Virus record (IMG/VR): IMGVR_UViG_3300045988_103300 | Span: 1 to 21,684 of that record | From: a virus | Reading direction: 5' to 3' (one strand) | DNA: 21,684 nt | Part shown: positions 6,541 through 16,038 of the stretch, in pieces | Numbering within the stretch: position 1 is the stretch's first letter | Layout: each line of letters begins with the position of its first letter | Made by a program: the position numbers and the translations under genes | Notes under the pieces: model-generated | What the model was told of the DNA's origin: nothing | Seen by the model: the letters and a program-made list of their open reading frames with translations, nothing else | The model's database searches: none

Positions 6541-6701
6541 TATTTAAGTATATCTTTAATCATAACATATCTATAAAATAGATGTGAAGCCACACCTATT
6601 ACAAGTAATACTACAGTAATCCAAAAAGGAATTACTTTGATTAGTAAACATATCAGCAGAATAATAACTACTGCAATTACATATTTTAACCAATATTTCA
6701 T
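6540..6701 (-). CDS. Holin candidate, two transmembrane helices (53 aa)
   Basis: Hand translation: MKYWLKYVIAVVIILLICLLIKVIPFWITVVLLVIGVASHLFYRYVMIKDILK. ATG 6699-6701. TAA 6540-6542 shares one base with the endolysin ATG. Call based on size, topology and position. Confidence 0.55.
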   Translation of the reverse strand: MKYWLKYVIAVVIILLICLLIKVIPFWITVVLLVIGVASHLFYRYVMIKDILK

Positions 6702-6702
6702 A

Positions 6703-7359
6703 TTATATTTTATTTAAAATTACACTTATCTGTATTCCAGCTCTTCTTAGATGTACTCAAGTATCATAAGGCATAGGTGTATCACAGAATGACAAACCTA
6801 AAATGCCAATATCTTTATCCTCAGTCTTTAAATAAAATACTGCTATTTCATTCACTCTGTTGGATTTAAATGCATAATATAATCTTGGATCATCTGCTTC
6901 TAAACTATCTATATTACCAAACCATCCATCATTCTTAGAAAACTCTATAATTGAAGTATAGTCAGATAACAGGAAATCTTTATAATGGCTACTTACAGAT
7001 CTTATTCCTGGTTTTACTTCCTCTGCATTCATTACTCCATAGGTAAATGGAAGTCCCCCTAATCCAGTAGTTCCATTATGATATTCAATAACCCAAGCTC
7101 TATCAGCATTTGTGCTTTGAAGCAATTCTTTAAGCTTATATTTAATCTTTAAAGTTGCTTCATTTCTTGCAATAGTTTTAGAATTGTGAGTTTGTTCAAT
7201 ATAGGTTACAACCTTATTATAAACAATAGAGGGATTAAGTGTAATAACCATTACATAGGATATAAATATTAATCCAATCCCTGCTTTAAATATCTTTAGT
7301 AATCCATATTTATCAACCCATTCTAATACTTTACCAAACCAATTTAATTTATTTTCCAT
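6703..7359 (-). CDS. Membrane-anchored protein of unknown function, in-frame TGA near C-terminus (218 aa)
   Basis: ORF-track 6757..7359 stops at TGA 6757-6759. Read-through adds -W-VHLRRAGIQISVILNKI up to TAA 6703-6705, one base before the holin ATG, which closes the gap. One N-terminal hydrophobic helix (AGIGLIFISYVMVITL). The extension has no family support; the argument is gene packing only. Confidence 0.5.
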
Positions 7360-7784
7360 TACATATCATCAGTGCAAGTACCCAGTGTGTTGTCAACTTG
7401 GAAATCAGCTCTAACAAACACTCCGCAGGTAATATCTTTGAACTTTTGATAGAATGGAGTATAAATTAAAGGATAAGCTATTTCAACTTCTGGATATAGG
7501 TTATTAAAACGATTAATTATATTTTGCAGTGCGAGCATACCTGCTGACTGTTCCTCCAATTGGTTGTTATCAGTCTCATCCCATCTTGATACGAAGTATA
7601 GGTTTAAAGAGTAAGTGATAGTATCTTCATCTACACTAAAAGTATTAGGTGTTATATAGAACACATTATACTCAATAGTTGGTAAGCTATTTAACTCATA
7701 AATATCTTTACTTCCTACAAAATTGATGTTTGGCTCTTCTAATGCACAAGCTTTTAAATTGCTAATTATCTCATAGTAGGTCAT
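7359..7784 (-). CDS. Hypothetical virion/head-completion-region protein (141 aa)
   Basis: ATG 7782-7784, TAA 7359-7361, which shares one base with the next ATG. No recognisable motif. Confidence 0.6.
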   Translation of the reverse strand: MTYYEIISNLKACALEEPNINFVGSKDIYELNSLPTIEYNVFYITPNTFSVDEDTITYSLNLYFVSRWDETDNNQLEEQSAGMLALQNIINRFNNLYPEVEIAYPLIYTPFYQKFKDITCGVFVRADFQVDNTLGTCTDDM

Positions 7785-7786
7785 AA

Positions 7787-8476
7787 TTACTTACTCTTTT
7801 TATTGTTACTTGAAGGAAAATCATAAGCTCTTTGAAGAGGCCCCTCTCCAGGTTTAATGCTCCATCCTTTACCTCTTGCTCCACCAAGCCAAATATTGCA
7901 AGATGAGCTAGAGTAAAGATTGGGAAACATATCCTTTAATGGCTTATATGTATAAAGCTCAGGGAATTCGTTATAATATGTAATTATAAAGTCCTGTAAA
8001 CGAGTCTTAAAGAAATCCGCCTTATCTCTATAATACTTCTTAATTTGATTTACTTGACTTGCTTCAGCAGCAATATCTTTCTCATCATCAGTTCTCATAA
8101 CTCCAAAATTACCAAGCTTATAAGATATAGGAATTACTATCTCGCTAAGTACTTGATAAAGTAAATAAGGCTGAACATAATAGTCTAATAGCTCTTTATA
8201 TCTGTAGTTATCAGAATCATCAATAGAATCACTTGGAAGTGGCTCAGGAGGTTCTATTGGATGAACTGGAGTATGAGGATCAATCCAATTAATACATTTC
8301 TTTTGTAATGCTTCCAATAGCTTAGTACCAATAGTTGACTGAAGTTCTACATCTTGGGCACTTGTGATGGCTGCTTGTAAATATTTACCCGATATATTGT
8401 TATCTAATGTAGAATTTGACTTTATATAGTCTTCTGAAATAAGCAGTACATTTCTATAGTTAAGTTGTTCCATCAT
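7787..8476 (-). CDS. Possible head-tail connector (gp6-like) protein (229 aa)
   Basis: The N-terminal pattern ISEDYIKSNSTLDNNISGKYLQAAITSAQDVELQSTIGTKLLEAL resembles the start of gp6-like head-tail connector/DNA-packaging proteins. It is located after the portal. Weak assignment. Confidence 0.35.
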   Translation of the reverse strand: MMEQLNYRNVLLISEDYIKSNSTLDNNISGKYLQAAITSAQDVELQSTIGTKLLEALQKKCINWIDPHTPVHPIEPPEPLPSDSIDDSDNYRYKELLDYYVQPYLLYQVLSEIVIPISYKLGNFGVMRTDDEKDIAAEASQVNQIKKYYRDKADFFKTRLQDFIITYYNEFPELYTYKPLKDMFPNLYSSSSCNIWLGGARGKGWSIKPGEGPLQRAYDFPSSNNKKSK

Positions 8477-9068
8477 AAATAAATTTATTGTTTTTATAAG
8501 GTCTATTTTCTTTTAAAGCTAAATATAATCCAGAACGTTCTCCATTAACTGATTTAACAGCTTCTTTCATTGAATTATATCTTGCAATAAAATTCCCATT
8601 CATATCAAATCTTAATATAGGCTTAACTCTAGTAATTCGTCCTTTGGAAGCATTTCCAATTTTAATAAGTGTTTCCAAAGTATAGATTCCTTTCTTTCCT
8701 TTATTCCAGGGTGTTTTACCTTTTTTAGAATTTGACATTTTTGCTCTACTCTCATTAGAAAAAGAATACCCGTATGTACCTTCTCCTCCTGATGTTATAT
8801 TGTAACCATTTTCAGGAGTATTTGTTTTATATTTATGTATCAATATCCTTTCTAATGTCTTAGCACAAGCTTCTGGTAAATTATCTTTAATTATGATATG
8901 TTCAAATCCATCTCAGCTATATTTTTGTATCGCTTTATAAAAGTAAGCTTGAGTAGAGTATCCATATCCATTTTTTCACCTAGCTTGCACACTTTGTCCA
9001 GTAATGCCAAAATATAGCTTATTGTTATACTTATTTATATGGCAATAAACAGTATAATTATTCAACAT
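8460..9068 (-). CDS. GIY-YIG homing endonuclease with two in-frame TGAs (202 aa)
   Basis: ORF-track 8460..8843 begins on TTG and lacks the catalytic domain. Extending upstream through TGAs at 8913-8915 and 8976-8978 to ATG 9066-9068 gives MLNNYTVYCHINKYNNKLYFGITGQSVQAR-W-KNGYGYSTQAYFYKAIQKYS-W-DGFEHIIIKDNLPEACAKTLERILIHKYKT...GYNITSGGEG. This is a complete GIY-YIG domain followed by NUMOD3-like basic repeats. TAA 8460-8462. Confidence 0.85.
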
Positions 9069-10149
9069 TTTGTTTGCTATCTTCTTGTCCATTTGGAGTT
9101 AAGCTAAAAGGAGTTATAGTTATTGAACCTTTCATTCCAAATATCTTATCAAATGTATCTACTATTTCGACCTGAATTGGTCTAACTACTGTACGATTAT
9201 AAAGTTTAAAAGCTTCATTAAATTCTTGTTCGTTGAATCCACTTGAGTAGTTAAGGCCAAAAAGTACACTATTAGCTCTAAATGCGCAGAATATCTGTTC
9301 TCTTGTCCTATCAGATAAAGCACTATATTTCTCATCAAAATCATCAGAGTCTAAACGCTCAATAGTAGTCTTATTTGTTTCATCATCATTATATGAAATA
9401 AGAACTCTACCAGCATTTTGAAATCCTGAGAATTTCTCATTAATATTCATCTCAATCTCTTCTTTAACTTCGTCTGTAGGCTGTCCATTATTAAAGTTAA
9501 TGATAAGATTGCCCATAAATCCGTTATGAAGAGAATTTAGATGAAACTCATTAATATTCTTCTCAGTTTCGCAAGATAGGATAGCTGCACCATAAACAGG
9601 GACTGGATATACTTTTCTTGTTATATAGCCCTTATTATAAACAACACTTGTAGGATTATCATCTGAATAATTAAATTTTGGATATTTGATAGCTTTAATA
9701 GACCAAGCAGACCAATCATCGGCATAATAGAATACTTCATTCTTTTCATCAGAACGAATCTTCATAAAGTCAAGATGATATATTTCTGAAACTCTACCTA
9801 CCATATCTCTAATTATTTGTAAAGCATATCCTCCAAAAATCATCTTATCTTTAGATACTTTACGCATAATATCCATAATAGTCTCACCTTTCTTATTTAC
9901 AGTTACTTCAAATCCTGGTGCATTACATACAACATCATTACCAACAATAAAGTCAGCAGTCCCATTAATGATAGATTGAAGAGTAGCTACATTTAAGTAT
10001 AAATCCCATAGATATAATGGATAGCGATTATCTTCACCCCAAGAAATCCAATCAGAACCCCTTTTTCTCGATTCTACAGGAAGTACTAAATTTGACACTA
10101 CAACAGGATCAATTGCACTTAATTGTACTTTTGTTTTATTTTCGCTCAT
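9058..10149 (-). CDS. Portal protein (363 aa)
   Basis: ORF-track 9058..10206 starts on TTG; the likely start is ATG 10147-10149 (MSENKTKVQ...). Portal-family features: ..WISWGEDNRYPLYLWDLYLNVATLQSIINGTADFIVG.., ..MIFGGYALQII.., ..FLGLNYSSGFNEQEF.. All 5 Trp codons are TGG. Confidence 0.75.
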   Translation of the reverse strand: MSENKTKVQLSAIDPVVVSNLVLPVESRKRGSDWISWGEDNRYPLYLWDLYLNVATLQSIINGTADFIVGNDVVCNAPGFEVTVNKKGETIMDIMRKVSKDKMIFGGYALQIIRDMVGRVSEIYHLDFMKIRSDEKNEVFYYADDWSAWSIKAIKYPKFNYSDDNPTSVVYNKGYITRKVYPVPVYGAAILSCETEKNINEFHLNSLHNGFMGNLIINFNNGQPTDEVKEEIEMNINEKFSGFQNAGRVLISYNDDETNKTTIERLDSDDFDEKYSALSDRTREQIFCAFRANSVLFGLNYSSGFNEQEFNEAFKLYNRTVVRPIQVEIVDTFDKIFGMKGSITITPFSLTPNGQEDSKQNVE

Positions 10150-10528
10150 AAGCCATATATTTGTTTTGTTTATCGTATTGGTATTTATTATTCTGATAAT
10201 CTCCAACTCTTATTAGTCCTGAACTCAATACAGGTATAGGTTTACCAGCAACTAATATCTGTGTTCCTGTAGTAAGAGTATTTTCATAAGTTACCAGAAT
10301 AACTGGATTACCATATAGCTCTGACTGCATAGGATTATTTACATCTACAATTACTTCAAGTTTATTTGGGTTACTAAACAGAATATACTGATATTCACCA
10401 TCAGGCATATCATCAGATAATGTAATATCAAACTTATAGTAGATATTTTCAGCATAATTCTGATTTTCTAAGTTATATACATAAACTTCTTTAGTAATAG
10501 TATTCTGCATTAATATTGAATAATTCAT
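10136..10528 (-). CDS. Hypothetical protein (130 aa)
   Basis: ORF-track start 10537 is TTG; the first ATG is 10526-10528. TAA 10136-10138 overlaps the portal start by 14 nt. It is the first gene after a terminator. Confidence 0.55.
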   Translation of the reverse strand: MNYSILMQNTITKEVYVYNLENQNYAENIYYKFDITLSDDMPDGEYQYILFSNPNKLEVIVDVNNPMQSELYGNPVILVTYENTLTTGTQILVAGKPIPVLSSGLIRVGDYQNNKYQYDKQNKYMAYERK

Positions 10529-10600
10529 ATTTTGCAATAGTTTTACATTAATTTACATATCTTTTTCTTAAAATATAAAAGACTATGCATATGTATTAAT

Positions 10601-10629
10601 ATAAAAATAGGGAGAATAGAATCTCCCTA
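10601..10629 (-). terminator. Rho-independent terminator after the 323-aa LRR gene
   Basis: 8-bp stem: tagggaga (10608-10615), loop atagaa, tctcccta (10622-10629). On the minus strand it is followed by TTTTTAT (complement of 10601-10607). Confidence 0.75.
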
Positions 10630-10635
10630 AATTTA

Positions 10636-11607
10636 CTATGCAGAAGCTAATGTTCAGTTCTTAGATGTAGCTAAAGCTTTTTGTTCTTCTGTAAGAGCAT
10701 TATAAACTGCAGAATTAAATGTAATAGTTTGTGTAGAAATTCCAGTTAAATCTGACACTGCTTCTAGAACATTATCAACTGAACTAGACGTTAATGAAGG
10801 AAGATTAGCTAAAGTAAATGACTTACTTGTAACTACACCTCCGAATTCTGTTAATTCAGTTAGCCAGTATGAACTTCCAAATGTATAGCCAAAAGCTGTG
10901 GAGTTTAATGAATTATTAGGAGATATAGTTATTTTGCCTAAAGATTTTAATTTTTTACAATATGTAAACATCTGATTTGTTTGACCAGTACAGTTTGGAG
11001 CGTAAATATCTGGAATGGTTTCAATTGATCCACAATAATTGAAAATGCCAGAAAGAGAAGTTGCTATAGAAAAATCCATATTTGGTAAAGTAAGCAAACT
11101 ACTACATTTACTAAAAGTTTGAAAATATTGAGATAATTTTAAATTTGCATCTATTTCAACTAAATGTTGGCAGTTATAGAAAAGTTGACTACCTTGAGTA
11201 TGGGTACTATTTAATAATATTATTTTATGTATTGCATTACTGCTAGAAGTAGTATAAAACATATTATTCATATTTTTCCCTTGGCAATCAAATGTGAATT
11301 CATCATTTTCAGACCATTCACATCCGTAGAAAAAATCAGCATAAGAAGATTTATTTAGTATAAAATAATCCTCCAATTTTAATTCCCCACCATCTCTAAA
11401 TTGATGCATATTAGAATATCCTAATGATAATGGAATAATACTTAAATCAATTTTACCTCCACCTCCAGAAATCTGTCCTATCTTATCTGCATAGCTTCTA
11501 AAGGTATCTGAATCCGATACAGCAACACCTTTAGCTACAATAGCATCTTTAATGGCACTCTTAGTACCTTCAAGATACGTTAATTTATCAGAAATTGTAT
11601 TTGCCAT
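10636..11607 (-). CDS. BspA-type leucine-rich-repeat tail/receptor-binding protein, in-frame TGA (323 aa)
   Basis: ORF-track 10654..11607 stops at TGA 10654-10656. Read-through gives ...EEQKALATSKN-W-TLASA, TAG 10636-10638. The N-terminus (LTYLEGTKSAIKDAIVAKGVAVSDSDTFRSYADKIGQI) is typical of phage LRR fibre proteins. Repeats of the F..C..L type are present (FYGCEW.., FYNCQHLVEI, FSKCSSLLTL, FNYCGSIETI, FTYCKKLKSL). Confidence 0.7.
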
Positions 11608-11608
11608 A

Positions 11609-12130
11609 TTAGATATATTTAAATTTTACCCCTTTATAAGTGTCTGTTCTTCCTTTAAGACAATCTATAACTCTACTATGAGTATACCCATCTATTGATG
11701 TTTCAATTGCATTTTTATATGTTTTAACTAGTAAATCATTAATAAATAGCCCTACAGGTTTACTAATTTTATCAATACATCTATTTATTCTAGTTCCATA
11801 TGTATTATTATACTTTGCATCACATCATTCTAAATTTTCTACCCTATTATCTGTCTTATTTTCATTTATATGGTTAACATATGGTAGATTGTCAGGATTT
11901 GGAATAAATGCTTCTGCTACTAGTCTGTGAACTTTAATAGCTTTAGGTTTATCTAAGCCAGATACTAGAATTACATAATTATAGCCATATTTATCTATAT
12001 GCTGTTTTAGCTTTTTATGTATTTGTTTTCTGGTTCTTCCAATAGAATCTTTAAAAGTCAATGGGTTACTATATACATCTCCTGTAGAAGATACACTATA
12101 GTTAGGATAATTTGTTAATACTCTATTCAT
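11609..12130 (-). CDS. HNH homing endonuclease, in-frame TGA in the HNH core (173 aa)
   Basis: Likely start ATG 12128-12130 ([26 protein letters not shown]4-like). ORF-track 11825..12208 stops at TGA 11825-11827. Read-through gives ...[92 protein letters not shown] 11609-11611. NLEW is the conserved HNH_3 motif. Confidence 0.85.
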
Positions 12131-12737
12131 TTGGAATTTCACCATTAATTGTATCAAGAGTAGTTGAGATATTACCAATCTGAGCTTGAATTGCTGAGAT
12201 TTCTCCATCTAACTCTGTCATCTTTGTATTATATGCATCTGTAGTTACATAGCTTGATAATTCACTTTTATCTGCTTTAAGTGCAACTTCATCTTTAGTA
12301 GCTAATCCAGATACATCAGGAATCTTATTCTCTACAGCTGTAAGCTCTTCTTTAGTAGCAAAATCCTCAGTACTTGGAATATCTGCCTTGAGAGCATAGT
12401 TAGAAAGATCAATAGATAGATGTAAATCTTCACCCTCTCTATTAAATGACATAGGAGAGTTTACTTGAAATACTTCCATCTTAGATGTTTCTAATTCAGT
12501 AATATCATTCTTAATTGGCTCTAACTTAGGTTCAAGTATAACATCCAACTGAGAATTAATTTGCTCATCAATTATTTCAACAGCCTTATCTTCGGAAATG
12601 TAATTACCTTTAGGTTGAAATCTGGCATCTGCTTCAATCTTTGTATAAGAACCAACTGGAAGCTGAGCTGTCTCAATACCACATTTCTTACTAACATAGA
12701 AGGTCTGAGTATTCTTAGTATTCTTTAATATAATCAT
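12123..12737 (-). CDS. Tail-fibre-like protein, short paralogue (204 aa)
   Basis: ORF-track start 12764 is TTG; the first ATG is 12735-12737. TAG 12123-12125. It shares low-complexity fibre segments (..[48 protein letters not shown]..) with the central part of the 741-aa fibre. No Trp. Confidence 0.55.
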   Translation of the reverse strand: MIILKNTKNTQTFYVSKKCGIETAQLPVGSYTKIEADARFQPKGNYISEDKAVEIIDEQINSQLDVILEPKLEPIKNDITELETSKMEVFQVNSPMSFNREGEDLHLSIDLSNYALKADIPSTEDFATKEELTAVENKIPDVSGLATKDEVALKADKSELSSYVTTDAYNTKMTELDGEISAIQAQIGNISTTLDTINGEIPNE

Positions 12738-12744
12738 AGTTTTA

Positions 12745-12966
12745 TTATTTAAGAGATTCTTCAATAGCCTTCTCAGCTTGTTCTTTATAAATCCTGTCTT
12801 GTTCCAGGGATATTTCTCTTAGATGAGTTAAATCGCAATCTAATGGACAAATACACTCTTTAAATGAGTTATACCCTTTAATGTCCATTTCGTCTTTATA
12901 GTTAGTCAGAAGCATACTATCTTCAGGCTTAACTACTTGATACTTTTCTTTAATTTCAACTTTCAT
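12745..12966 (-). CDS. Small protein, paralogue of 16039..16272 (73 aa)
   Basis: ATG 12964-12966, TAA 12745-12747. It shares ..C(I)CPL.(A/C)DL...(R).I..EQ...Y.. with the 77-aa protein at 16039..16272 and occupies the same position (between an LRR gene and a fibre gene). Confidence 0.55.
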   Translation of the reverse strand: MKVEIKEKYQVVKPEDSMLLTNYKDEMDIKGYNSFKECICPLDCDLTHLREISLEQDRIYKEQAEKAIEESLK

Positions 12967-12967
12967 A

Positions 12968-13810
12968 TTAGTATGTTACTGACCAGCCTTTACTGGTGAT
13001 TTGTGATTTTTGTTCCTCTGTTAATGAATTATATACAGTTTGATGAAATTTGATTATTAAATTTCTATCTGTAGTATATAATCCATCTATAACATTATCT
13101 ACTGACTGACTCGTTAATACTGGTAATTTTGATAACTTTAATATTTCTATGTTAGTGCTTTTCCCTATATTAGTAAACCCTCCTAAATCTGTCAAATAAG
13201 AAAAAGGCCCAGAAGCAAATATATTTTGGTAATCCTGTCACTTTTCTGCATTATATCTAGGAACAGATTCTAAAGCTATACATCCTCTAAACATATTTTC
13301 AACACTTATAGCATTATCCATATTTATATTAGGAGCATTTTTTAAAGATGAGCATCCGTCAAACATATTGTAAAAAGCTATAGCTGTTGTGCCATTAATA
13401 TCTGGTACAGATACTAATGATGAGCAGTTTTGAAATGTTTGCCCAAGATGTACAAAATTTGATAGTATATTGGGAACTATTTTTAAATTTGTACATCCAT
13501 AAAATAAACCATTTGCTGCTCCTTTATTTGCGTTTGGAAAATAGGTCATATCGGATACATCCTCAATAGAAGTGCTTTCGAATATACTATTATTACCTTT
13601 ATACCAACTATTTACTGTATTTGCATCACAATCAGTAATTTCAGTCTGTCCTGGAAATATATTATCTATAACTAATTGCTTAAATTCAGTACTTTTAAAT
13701 ACTATAGGGGAGCAAATATTACTAGGCCAGACTTTGGTACTGCCAACATAAATAGCAGTACCTTGTCTGTCACCTACATAAAATGTTTTTAAATCATCTC
13801 TAATATTCAT
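12968..13810 (-). CDS. BspA-type LRR tail/receptor-binding protein, fusion of two track ORFs across TGA (280 aa)
   Basis: ORF-track 13238..13810 ends at TGA 13238-13240. ORF-track 12968..13195 is in the same frame and begins on TTG. The joining sequence is ...RYNAEK-W-QDYQNIFASGPFSYLTDLGGF... The fused protein has the same architecture as the 323-aa paralogue: LRR units FYGCTNLKIV, FQNCSSLVSV, FDGCSSLKNA, FRGCIALESV, then a C-terminal LSKLPVLTSQSVDNVIDGL...LTEEQKSQITSKGW module. Confidence 0.75.
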
Positions 13811-13811
13811 A

Positions 13812-16037
13812 TTATTCTACAATTAAATATTGTGTATTAGGATCTTTAGTTGATAAACCATCATACTCTGATTGAGTTAGAACAGTAATAGTATTTATTT
13901 GAGGTTGGGTTCCAGTTCCAGCTTCAATATAGTTTCCAGCAGGCTGAATACCTAAATCTGATAAACTCTTATTGCCAGATAACTCAACAGAATTAATCTG
14001 AGGTTTATTTGTTAACTGAGTATAATCGGTAGCCCCTCCACCTCCAGATATTTCAAGATTACCTTCTCCTAAAATACTTTCACCATTAATAGTCTTTATA
14101 TTAGTACCAGAAACTAGTTGCTCTTGATAACTATGATAACTAGTATCTGCTGATACTCCAGTTGGAGTAATAGTAGTTTGAACTACAGTATGATTAGCTG
14201 TAGTACTTTCAAAATGGAAAGTAGCTTGAATATTTTCTCCTGAAACAAAACATACTTCTGGAGCTGCTATATCACCATAACCTAGAATATTTACATAATA
14301 AAGCTCAAATGGTGTTTTATTAGCTATAGCATTCTTAACAGCAGCGAAATCTCCAGAAAGATGAGTAGTGGAATTTATAAATAGAAATGGAATATTAGAA
14401 CCACTTTCAATTTCTATATTACCTTCTCCAAGTAAAGACTGACTATTGATTGTTTTGATATTAGTTCCACTTACAAGCAAATCTTGCTTAGTAGCCATCT
14501 CTTTATCAAGAGAATCAATCTTATCTCCATCTTCTTCTTGTTTTGTTTTAATAATTGATATATCTGAAGTATTAGTTGCTACTTGAGTAGATAAAGATTC
14601 TACTACAGAAGAATCTGCTTTACCTGCAAGTTCTATTTTTGTTGCATAATCTCCTACAGGCTGTTTAGTAGCAAGCTGCTCATCAACATAAGTCTTATCT
14701 GCTTTACCTGCTAAATCTCCAGAAACCTCTGTTTCAGTTACAAAGTTAGAATCATTAGTAAGCTCACTAACTTTAGTTGGAATATCACTCTTTAAAGCAT
14801 AATCTCCTTTATCTTGTTTTGCATCAATCTTACTTTGTAAAGAAGATCTTAGAGTCTCAATTTCCTCATTAACTGAATCGTTAGTTGCATAATCACCAAC
14901 TGGTTGGTATCCAGATAAATCTACAGATAACTGAGTCTTATCTCCATTAAAAGCTAATGGAGCTTGAGGAGCAAATACTCCTTGTTTTTCCTCAAGTTTG
15001 GCATCTACTTCTTCTTTAGTATATCCTTTATTAGTAAGATCAACCTCAGTAACTTTAACAGTCATATTACCATTATTTACTAAGATTGCATTAATAACTA
15101 CTAATACACCATTATCTTGGAAATAATAGCCATATAAATCAATAGTTTCGGGATGCTCAATAGTTGCAACAGGAATAACTATAATATCACCTTTATATGT
15201 AATCTGGCAGAATAAATAGAAGTCCAGATTAGTTCTAATAAAGTCATAGATATGTTTCTGTCTTACAGGATCATTCTCATCTAAATTAAGTAAGAAATGA
15301 TTCTCAAAAGCAGAGATTACATTATCTATAATAGATATATTCTTTCCTGCTGTAAGCGTTTCCTGTTTTGAAGCTATCTCTTTATTAATAGCTGTATTTA
15401 AAGCATCAATTTCAGCTTTGGTATATTTATCTGCTAATTGTGCATATAGAGGACCATTAACAATACCAGCTTGGTTAGTCTCTGTATTATATATTGGAAG
15501 TTCAACTGCTTCTCCAGTTTGATTACCAAATACAGGAGCTAAAGTAACTTTAGATGGGACTGATTGAATATTAATGGCAGGTACGATTGAAGCTGCTCCA
15601 GATAATTCAGTTCCATTTAAAGATGGTTTGTTACGAATAGTATTATAATCTGCAGAAATAGTATTCTCTTCAATTACTATACCATCACCTTGAACAAGTG
15701 TATTTTGCTTTCCAGCAGTGGCTTCAGTAATCTCTGCAGTTACCTCTTCTTTAGTTGGATAGTCAGCTAGTTTCTCAGTAATCTGATTATCAACTCCTTC
15801 AACTGACGGAATTCCAAGTTCATCAGAAGTCATACTTCCATTTAACTCAACTCCATTAATTTCAGGTTTATTTTGAATATCAAAATAACTGTTTGTTCCT
15901 AACTGAGAACCATCCATAACCTTAACTTCATCATCCTTGTCAATAACAATAACTTTAGTCACATTTGACTTATCTATCGTTTCAACTTCAAGGACATTAA
16001 GATAAGGAAGAATTGTCTTTTCAGTTTCGTTTGCCAT
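13812..16037 (-). CDS. Long tail fibre protein (741 aa)
   Basis: ATG 16035-16037, TAA 13812-13814. Recurrent fibre motifs: NKPxINGxELxG (three times: IQNKPEINGVELNGSMTSDELGI, IRNKPSLNGTELSG, LTNKPQINSVELSGNKSLSDLGI) and LVSGTNIKTIN(S/G)xS(L/I)LGEGN(I/L)EI (twice). Central Ala/Lys/Asp-rich repeats are present (GDYATK.ELAGKAD). By my reading it contains no Trp. Confidence 0.75.
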   Translation of the reverse strand: MANETEKTILPYLNVLEVETIDKSNVTKVIVIDKDDEVKVMDGSQLGTNSYFDIQNKPEINGVELNGSMTSDELGIPSVEGVDNQITEKLADYPTKEEVTAEITEATAGKQNTLVQGDGIVIEENTISADYNTIRNKPSLNGTELSGAASIVPAINIQSVPSKVTLAPVFGNQTGEAVELPIYNTETNQAGIVNGPLYAQLADKYTKAEIDALNTAINKEIASKQETLTAGKNISIIDNVISAFENHFLLNLDENDPVRQKHIYDFIRTNLDFYLFCQITYKGDIIVIPVATIEHPETIDLYGYYFQDNGVLVVINAILVNNGNMTVKVTEVDLTNKGYTKEEVDAKLEEKQGVFAPQAPLAFNGDKTQLSVDLSGYQPVGDYATNDSVNEEIETLRSSLQSKIDAKQDKGDYALKSDIPTKVSELTNDSNFVTETEVSGDLAGKADKTYVDEQLATKQPVGDYATKIELAGKADSSVVESLSTQVATNTSDISIIKTKQEEDGDKIDSLDKEMATKQDLLVSGTNIKTINSQSLLGEGNIEIESGSNIPFLFINSTTHLSGDFAAVKNAIANKTPFELYYVNILGYGDIAAPEVCFVSGENIQATFHFESTTANHTVVQTTITPTGVSADTSYHSYQEQLVSGTNIKTINGESILGEGNLEISGGGGATDYTQLTNKPQINSVELSGNKSLSDLGIQPAGNYIEAGTGTQPQINTITVLTQSEYDGLSTKDPNTQYLIVE

Positions 16038-16038
16038 A

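Noticed and set aside
8460-9068. Homing endonucleases could be intron-encoded (group I introns splitting the portal, capsid-module or fibre genes)
   Set aside because: The flanking genes are complete on their own, with normal starts and stops that overlap the endonuclease ORFs by a few nt. There is no non-coding sequence left to form an intron core. They are therefore treated as free-standing.
12131-12208. Longer HNH start at ATG 12206-12208 (MEKSQQFKL...)
   Set aside because: It would overlap the upstream fibre gene by 86 nt, and the added residues are low-complexity. ATG 12128-12130 begins directly with the NUMOD4-like N-terminus seen in the other HNH gene.
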